DNA of 64,000 nucleotides from Spirochaetota bacterium (GTDB lineage Bacteria > Spirochaetota > UBA4802 > UBA5550): contig CAXXHB010000003.1 in NCBI GenBank assembly GCA_963664815.2, forward strand, positions 1,824,001 through 1,888,000, read 5' to 3'. Both the position numbers and the translations under genes were made by a program. Under the pieces are notes generated by a model. That model was given only the letters and a program-made list of their open reading frames with translations, was not told the origin of the DNA and searched no databases. Below, piece by piece: positions 57,735 to 64,000 of this stretch; the stretch's first letter is position 1; the number at the start of each line of letters is the position of its first letter.

Positions 57735-60464
57735 ATGCTTGAAATAATACTGAATACAGTATTCGGGACCAAACCTGAACGTGACAGAAAAAAATTACAA
57801 CCCTATGCCGACAGAATAAATCTTCTTGAAAGCAATGTTTCAAAAATGTCGCAGCAGGAGATGCTTACCAGAACATCAGAATTTAAACTGATGATTGAAA
57901 AAGGTGAATCGCTTGATAATATTCTTCCTGAAGCTTACGCAATGGTCAGGGAAGCATCTATCCGAACTCTTGGCATGAGACACTTTGATGTTCAGCTCAT
58001 GGGTGGTGTTGTTCTTCACAAAGGGCAGATAGCTGAGATGAAAACCGGTGAAGGGAAAACCCTTGTTGCAACGCTTCCGATATATTTAAATGCTCTTAAA
58101 GGAAAAGGAGTTCATGTCGTTACAGTAAATGATTATTTAGCCAAACGTGACGCGGAGTGGATGGGGCCGATATACAGATACCTTGGATTGAATTTCGGTA
58201 TTATCCAGCACTATCTGGGGCCAATTGAGAGACAGAAGGCTTATGGATGCGATATAACGTACGGTACAAATAATGAATTCGGATTTGATTATCTGAGAGA
58301 TAATATGGTCGAACATCGCAGCCTGAAGGTTCAGCGTGATCTTCATTACTGCATCGTTGACGAGGTTGACTCCATACTTATAGATGAGTCGAGAACTCCT
58401 CTTATAATATCAGGCTCTATTGAAGAATCAACTAAAAAGTATATACAGATTAATAAAATTATTCCTCAGCTGAAAGAGGGAGCCGACTATGAAGTAGTTG
58501 AAAAAGATAAAAATGCCACTTTAACCGAAGAAGGGGTGTCTCATATAGAACGCATTTTAAAAATAGACAATCTCTATGATAATAAGCATATTGATATCAT
58601 TCATCACATCCATCAGGCACTTAAGGCACACCTTGTTTTTCACAGAGATATTGATTATATAGTAAAAGACGGCCAGGTGATAATTGTAGATGAGTTTACA
58701 GGAAGGCTTATGCCGGGCAGGAGATTCTCTGACGGTTTGCACCAGGCGCTTGAGGCAAAGGAAAATGTTACCGTAGCAAGAGAGAGCCAGACTCTTGCTT
58801 CAATTACATTCCAGAATTATTTCAGAATGTATAAAAAGCTTTCAGGTATGACCGGAACAGCTGAAACTGAATCTGTCGAGTTTAAAAATATTTATGGTCT
58901 CGATGTAGCTGTAATTCCCACCAATCTTCCCCTTATAAGAAATGACAGGCCTGATCGTGTTTACAAAACTGAAAGAGAAAAGTTTAACGCCATTGCTGCG
59001 GAGATATCCGAATATAGTTCAAAAGGAAGACCTATTCTTGTAGGAACAATTTCGATTGAAAAGTCTGAAAAGCTTTCAAACCTTCTCCGGTCAAAGGGCA
59101 TTATACATAATGTACTTAATGCCAAATATCATGAAAAGGAAGCGCAGATAGTTGCTGAAGCTGGAAGACCGGGAGCTGTTACAATTGCGACAAATATGGC
59201 AGGTCGTGGTACTGATATTGTTCTTGGAGGGAAGAAATCATATAATGATGAAATGGAATCTCATAAATCAGTTCACAATAAGGAATTATGGGATAGTTTT
59301 AAGTTAAAGATAATGGTTTCGGATTTCGATGAAGCTGAAAAGCTTGCAGAACAGATGCAGGGGCAGGATAAAAATAAAGCACTTTCAGTTATTAAAAACG
59401 GGCGTGACTGGGTAAAAAATCATGAAAAGGTTGTTGATGCCGGTGGTCTTCATATTCTGGGAACGGAACGTCATGAAGCAAGAAGGATTGATAATCAGCT
59501 GAGGGGCCGTTCCGGCAGACAGGGGGATCCCGGTTCTTCCAGATTTTATCTTTCACTTGAAGATGAGCTTATGAGACTTTTCGGTTCAGAAAGAATCGGG
59601 AAGGTTATGGACAGGCTTGGAATGGAAGAGGGGCAGGAAATTGAAAGTCCTATGGTTTCCAAGGCAATTGCAAGCGCTCAAAAACGTGTTGAAGGCAGAA
59701 ATTTTGAAATAAGGAAGCATCTTCTTGAGTATGATGATGTTATGAATGCTCAGAGAACTTATGTTTATAAAAAAAGAAATGAACTTCTCGATGGAGTAGA
59801 TATATCCGAAGAAGTCAAAGGATATCTTACTGATGTAATAGAGAGAAGAGTTGATTTTTTCTCACAGGGTATGAAACACCCTGAGCAGTGGGATCTTGAA
59901 GGTCTTAAAAACTGGTTTAAGCAGAAATTCACTGTTGATCTTGATTATGAAGAGATTAATCCTGTCGAGTTGTCGTATTCCGGTTTTATTGCAGCAATGG
60001 AAAACAAAGTAAATACGCTGTATTCAATCAGAGAGGAAAAAAACGGATCCGAGGATATGAGGATCATTGAAAGACTGATATCACTTCAGGTTGTTGATAA
60101 TAAATGGAGAGACCACCTTCTTGCGATGGATCAGCTCAGAGATGGTATCTGGGCAATGGGTTATGGTGAGAAAAATCCTCTTGTCGAATATAAGATTGAG
60201 GGGTCATCAATCTTTAATGAAATGATAGGAAGTCTTAAAGAAGATATAATCGAATTCCTCATGAAAGTAGAAATCCGTAAAGTTGAACAGGAGATTCCGG
60301 TTTCATACACGCCTGCCGGAGATGAGTTTCATGCGGAGGTTGACCAGTTCGGTTCAGGAGGTATACCTGTTCAGTCATCATTCGGGAAAAAAAACAGGGC
60401 TGAAGAAAAACATACTGAAGGTGGAGTAAAAAGAAAAAAATCAAGAAGAAGCAGGAGAAGTTGA
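57735..60464 (+). CDS. secA: Protein translocase subunit SecA
   Basis: MKTGEGKT, VDEVDSILIDE, TNMAGRGTDI and NQLRGRSGRQGDPG. Confidence 0.98.
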   Translation: MLEIILNTVFGTKPERDRKKLQPYADRINLLESNVSKMSQQEMLTRTSEFKLMIEKGESLDNILPEAYAMVREASIRTLGMRHFDVQLMGGVVLHKGQIAEMKTGEGKTLVATLPIYLNALKGKGVHVVTVNDYLAKRDAEWMGPIYRYLGLNFGIIQHYLGPIERQKAYGCDITYGTNNEFGFDYLRDNMVEHRSLKVQRDLHYCIVDEVDSILIDESRTPLIISGSIEESTKKYIQINKIIPQLKEGADYEVVEKDKNATLTEEGVSHIERILKIDNLYDNKHIDIIHHIHQALKAHLVFHRDIDYIVKDGQVIIVDEFTGRLMPGRRFSDGLHQALEAKENVTVARESQTLASITFQNYFRMYKKLSGMTGTAETESVEFKNIYGLDVAVIPTNLPLIRNDRPDRVYKTEREKFNAIAAEISEYSSKGRPILVGTISIEKSEKLSNLLRSKGIIHNVLNAKYHEKEAQIVAEAGRPGAVTIATNMAGRGTDIVLGGKKSYNDEMESHKSVHNKELWDSFKLKIMVSDFDEAEKLAEQMQGQDKNKALSVIKNGRDWVKNHEKVVDAGGLHILGTERHEARRIDNQLRGRSGRQGDPGSSRFYLSLEDELMRLFGSERIGKVMDRLGMEEGQEIESPMVSKAIASAQKRVEGRNFEIRKHLLEYDDVMNAQRTYVYKKRNELLDGVDISEEVKGYLTDVIERRVDFFSQGMKHPEQWDLEGLKNWFKQKFTVDLDYEEINPVELSYSGFIAAMENKVNTLYSIREEKNGSEDMRIIERLISLQVVDNKWRDHLLAMDQLRDGIWAMGYGEKNPLVEYKIEGSSIFNEMIGSLKEDIIEFLMKVEIRKVEQEIPVSYTPAGDEFHAEVDQFGSGGIPVQSSFGKKNRAEEKHTEGGVKRKKSRRSRRS

Positions 60465-60465
60465 A

Positions 60466-61824
60466 ATGAAATCTCCTTTGATGAAAAGTGTTTCAGGCAT
60501 CAGGGGCATAGTCGGTGAAAGTTTTACTCCGGTGCTTCTGAATTCTGCAGGTTCCGCTTTTGCTAAATTTGCCGGATATGGTACAGTCGTTGTCGGCAGA
60601 GACAGCCGGCCCACTGGCGAAGCAGTTTCGATGAACCTGATTTCGGTACTTCTTCTCTCCGGATGTGATGTTATTGATATTGGTGTTGTCCCTACTCCAA
60701 CAGTTCAGGTAATGGTTGAAGAACTTAAAGCTGCCGGAGGTATTGTTTTGTCGGCATCCCACAATCCCGTTGAATGGAATGCGCTGAAACTTATAAACAG
60801 CAGCGGTACTTTCTTAACCCCATCAGAAATAAAAAAACTTTTTAAATTAATGGAAGCACATTCTGACTTTAAAAAATGGAACGAAATTGGAAAACTCAGG
60901 TTTATTAATAATGCCGGAGAAATTCACCTTAAAAAAATAATGGATATTGTAGATGTTCAAAAAATAAGAAACAGAAAACTGCACGTTGTCCTTGATTCTG
61001 TGAATGGCGCTGGTTCATTAATTACACCTGACTTTTTAAGACAGCTTAACTGTAAAGTTACGGAGATTAATTGTATTCCTGACGGACTGTTCCCCCGTGG
61101 TGCTGAACCTCTTCCTGAAAATCTGAAACAGCTGTCGGAAGCCGTAATAAAGCATAAAGCAGATATAGGTTTTGCTCAGGATCCTGATGCAGACAGGCTT
61201 GCTGTAGTTGATGAAAATGGAAAACCGGTTGGTGAGGAGTATACGGTAACCCTTGTTGCTGATCACATTCTTGAAAGAAGACAGGGGGGTGTTGTAGTTA
61301 ATCTTTCCACTACAAAAGCCGTTGAAGATATTGCTTCAAGGCATAAAGTCCCTTTTTTCAGAGCAAAGGTGGGGGAGATAAATGTTGTTGAAGAGATAAA
61401 AAAGAGAGATGCAATAATTGGCGGAGAGGGTAATGGCGGAGTTATCTCTCCGGAGGTTCATCTTGGCCGTGACAGTCTTGCCGGTATTGCATATATACTT
61501 GAAATGATGTCTGTAAGAAAGAAAAAAATTTCTGAAATAATGAATGATATGCCTGAGTATTATATGAAGAAAGGCAAGGTCAGACTGGGTGAAAATTCAG
61601 ATGTAAATAATATTTTAAATGTAATAAAAAGTCAGTTTAAAGATGAAAAAATTTCAACAATTGACGGATTAAGAATAGATTTCGTAAAAAATGAAAATTT
61701 TAAAAGAGGGTGGGTACATCTCAGATCTTCAAACACGGAGCCGATTTTCAGGATAATTGCAGAGGCTGATTCAGAGTATAAAATGAATTCGATTTACAAA
61801 CACTTTTCAGGATTAATAAAATAA
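60466..61824 (+). CDS. Phosphoglucosamine mutase/phosphomannomutase family
   Basis: SGIRG, SASHNP, DPDADR, GGEGNGG and RSSNTEP. Confidence 0.92.
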   Translation: MKSPLMKSVSGIRGIVGESFTPVLLNSAGSAFAKFAGYGTVVVGRDSRPTGEAVSMNLISVLLLSGCDVIDIGVVPTPTVQVMVEELKAAGGIVLSASHNPVEWNALKLINSSGTFLTPSEIKKLFKLMEAHSDFKKWNEIGKLRFINNAGEIHLKKIMDIVDVQKIRNRKLHVVLDSVNGAGSLITPDFLRQLNCKVTEINCIPDGLFPRGAEPLPENLKQLSEAVIKHKADIGFAQDPDADRLAVVDENGKPVGEEYTVTLVADHILERRQGGVVVNLSTTKAVEDIASRHKVPFFRAKVGEINVVEEIKKRDAIIGGEGNGGVISPEVHLGRDSLAGIAYILEMMSVRKKKISEIMNDMPEYYMKKGKVRLGENSDVNNILNVIKSQFKDEKISTIDGLRIDFVKNENFKRGWVHLRSSNTEPIFRIIAEADSEYKMNSIYKHFSGLIK

Positions 61825-61825
61825 A

Positions 61826-61850
61826 AAGCCCATTTTATTTCTATGGGCTT
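61826..61850. terminator. Hairpin between convergent genes
   Basis: AAGCCCAT...ATGGGCTT. Confidence 0.6.
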
Positions 61851-61884
61851 ATAAATTATTTCAGGCTATCGGTTATTATAAGTG

Positions 61885-62409
61885 TTAACTGCAGCCTGAA
61901 CAACCTCCGCCGCAACCGTCTCCACAGCTGTCTCCGCATCCGCACTCATCTTCCAGACCATACTCAATTTCCTCTTCTGTTGCTTCTCTTATATCAATAA
62001 TCTCAACATCAAAAAGAAGGTTTTTGCCTGCTAAAGGATGATTTCCGTCAAGAGTAATTTCATTATCAGATACATCAACAATAGTGAGAATCTGCATGCC
62101 CCCTTCATCATATGCCTGAAGCTGCATTCCAACTTCAATGCTTGGAAGATGTGATAATTTATCTTTACCTATTTTCTGAATAAGACCTTCAACCCTCAGG
62201 CCATAAGCATCTTCAGCTTTAACGGATGCAGTAAATTTATCCCCTACCTGTTTTCCTTCGAGTTCAGCTTCAAGGCCGGGAATTATACTGCCGGTTCCAT
62301 GAAGGTATTCAAGTGGTGCACTCTTTGATGAGCTGTCAAGGATTTCACCGGAATCATTTTTAAGTGTATATTCGAAGGTTACCACCTTATTTTCTTCAAT
62401 TTTGAGCAT
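61885..62409 (-). CDS. slyD: FKBP-type peptidyl-prolyl isomerase SlyD
   Basis: PLEYLHG...IIPGLE, DGNHPLAGK.L.F, REATEEE and Cys/Gly-rich tail. Confidence 0.93.
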   Translation of the reverse strand: MLKIEENKVVTFEYTLKNDSGEILDSSSKSAPLEYLHGTGSIIPGLEAELEGKQVGDKFTASVKAEDAYGLRVEGLIQKIGKDKLSHLPSIEVGMQLQAYDEGGMQILTIVDVSDNEITLDGNHPLAGKNLLFDVEIIDIREATEEEIEYGLEDECGCGDSCGDGCGGGCSGCS

Positions 62410-62608
62410 TAAAAAACCTCTCTTTTTTGATAAATGAATAACGTAATATTCGTATTCAATAATGCTTTTTTGTTACTTACGATAATATAAGTCAAATTAT
62501 TTTAATAAAAAATAAAAAAAACACTTCCGGTAATACAGTTTGAAATGGTGAAAAATTGTGGACATTTCCGGTATTCTTTTAAATAAATCCATCAGGTGGA
62601 GAATATTT

Positions 62609-64000
62609 ATGTCACAAAAAAGCATCGCGAAGTACAGGATCGAAGTTTATTATACAAAAGAAGATCCAAGAGGAACATCTGTAAAATTAAAGTTGAATAA
62701 TCTAGGGTATTCAATTGATAAAATATATATTTCAAACAACTATTTAATAAATATTGACATTGATGAAATCACTCTGAAACCGGCAGCTGCTATTCTTGTT
62801 CAACCTGTAACTGAGAGTTTTTCAATAAACAGTCCGTATAATCCTGAAAATTTTGATTTTTGTATTGAGGTGGGATTTCTCCCCGGCGTGACTGATAATA
62901 TTGCTCATACAGTCAGAGAATCTTTTGAAGATTTTTTTAAGATGAAATTCGACAGTGAAAAATCATTCTTTTATACAACATCATATTTTATAAAAGGTGA
63001 GGTCGATTCGAATACTATTAATTTATTAGGTAGGGAATTTTTTAATCCTCTTATACAGAGGATTAAAATTTTATCTTATAATGAGTATGTATTAAATAAA
63101 GGTATGGGATATGAAATTCCTGTTGTGCATATATCTGATGATGCGGGAGTGGATAATGTAAATCTGAATGTTAACAGTGAGGACCTTCTGAAAATAGGCA
63201 GGGATGGCATTCTGAATAATGACGGCACAAGAAGAGGACCTCTTGCTCTGGATATGCTTTCAATGAATGTCATTAAGGATTACTTTTATAATGAAGAGAA
63301 AAGAGAACCAACCGATATTGAACTTGAATCCATAGCACAGACCTGGAGTGAACATTGCAAGCATACCATTTTCGCGTCATCAATAGATGATGATACTCCT
63401 GAAGGAATTTACAAAACATATATCCGCGAGGCTACTAAGAGAATCAGAAAAGAGAAGGGAGATAAAGATTTCTGTGTGTCAGTTTTTACAGATAATTCCG
63501 GAGGAATCGATTTTGATGATGATTATATAATATCAGATAAAGTTGAAACACATAACAGTCCAAGTGCCCTTGATCCTTTTGGGGGTGCAATAACCGGCAT
63601 TGTCGGCGTAAACAGGGATTCCATCGGATTCGGAATGGGGGCAAAACCTGTCGCTAACCGTTTCGGGTTTTGTTTTGCCGATCCTGAAGATGAAAAACCT
63701 GTATATAAAAACAGAACCGGTGAAAGCAGACTTCTTTCACCCCGCAGAATTATGGAAGGAGTAGTACATGGAGTAAATGCTGGTGGAAACACTTCAGGTA
63801 TACCGACACCTCAGGGATTTATTTACTTTGATGAAAGATATAAAGGCAAACCCCTTGTGTTTGTTGGAACAATAGGCCTTATACCCAGAAAAACAGCCGG
63901 ACGTTCATCAGTTGAGAAAAAGGCAATGAATGGTGATAATATTGTTATAGTGGGGGGGAGAGTCGGAAGAGATGGAATTCATGGAGCGACTTTCTCGTCT
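62609..64000 (+). CDS. purL: Phosphoribosylformylglycinamidine synthase PurL, 5' part (runs off the window; not in ORF track)
   Basis: ATG at 62609; PGVTDN, AQTWSEHCKH, KVETHNSPSALDPFGGA and GGRVGRDGIHGATFSS. Confidence 0.93.
   Translation, partial: MSQKSIAKYRIEVYYTKEDPRGTSVKLKLNNLGYSIDKIYISNNYLINIDIDEITLKPAAAILVQPVTESFSINSPYNPENFDFCIEVGFLPGVTDNIAHTVRESFEDFFKMKFDSEKSFFYTTSYFIKGEVDSNTINLLGREFFNPLIQRIKILSYNEYVLNKGMGYEIPVVHISDDAGVDNVNLNVNSEDLLKIGRDGILNNDGTRRGPLALDMLSMNVIKDYFYNEEKREPTDIELESIAQTWSEHCKHTIFASSIDDDTPEGIYKTYIREATKRIRKEKGDKDFCVSVFTDNSGGIDFDDDYIISDKVETHNSPSALDPFGGAITGIVGVNRDSIGFGMGAKPVANRFGFCFADPEDEKPVYKNRTGESRLLSPRRIMEGVVHGVNAGGNTSGIPTPQGFIYFDERYKGKPLVFVGTIGLIPRKTAGRSSVEKKAMNGDNIVIVGGRVGRDGIHGATFSS

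Overview
Low-GC bacterial DNA, probably from a spirochaete-like host (inferred from the UPF0164/PorV-like, CsgG-like and MCP gene content; not provable here). Positions 1-~26086 are the right part of a transposable (Mu/B3-like) prophage. It has a leftward late operon (terminase, DUF1073 portal, extended MuF, HNH, DUF2213, DUF2184 capsid, neck, DUF3383 sheath, DUF3277 tube), a central RosmerTA-like HTH-Zn-peptidase cassette and repressor, and a rightward early operon (DDE transposase, MuB-like ATPase, DUF3164, GemA, amidase, exonuclease). The prophage appears inserted into a UvrD/HelD helicase gene. From 27.5-31.7 kb is a decayed accessory patch: Fic, McrC/Fic and GxxExxY remnants, and an IS66 with an 8-bp target duplication. 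From 31.9-64 kb is mostly chromosomal (MCP, prfC, HD-GYP, aminotransferase, outer-membrane cluster, WG-repeat protein, TetR/NMO, rph, hflX, secA, phosphohexomutase, slyD, partial purL). The most notable unannotated signals are: (i) a tandem pair of Ile/Ala-rich leader peptides with a terminator/antiterminator ahead of a PLP aminotransferase; (ii) a shared late-promoter motif with an HTH_17 gene where a Mor/C activator would be expected; (iii) a recurrent [RK]-x-D motif across the head proteins; (iv) structured RNA candidates in the prophage early region. All family calls come from motif recognition by eye, not database searches.
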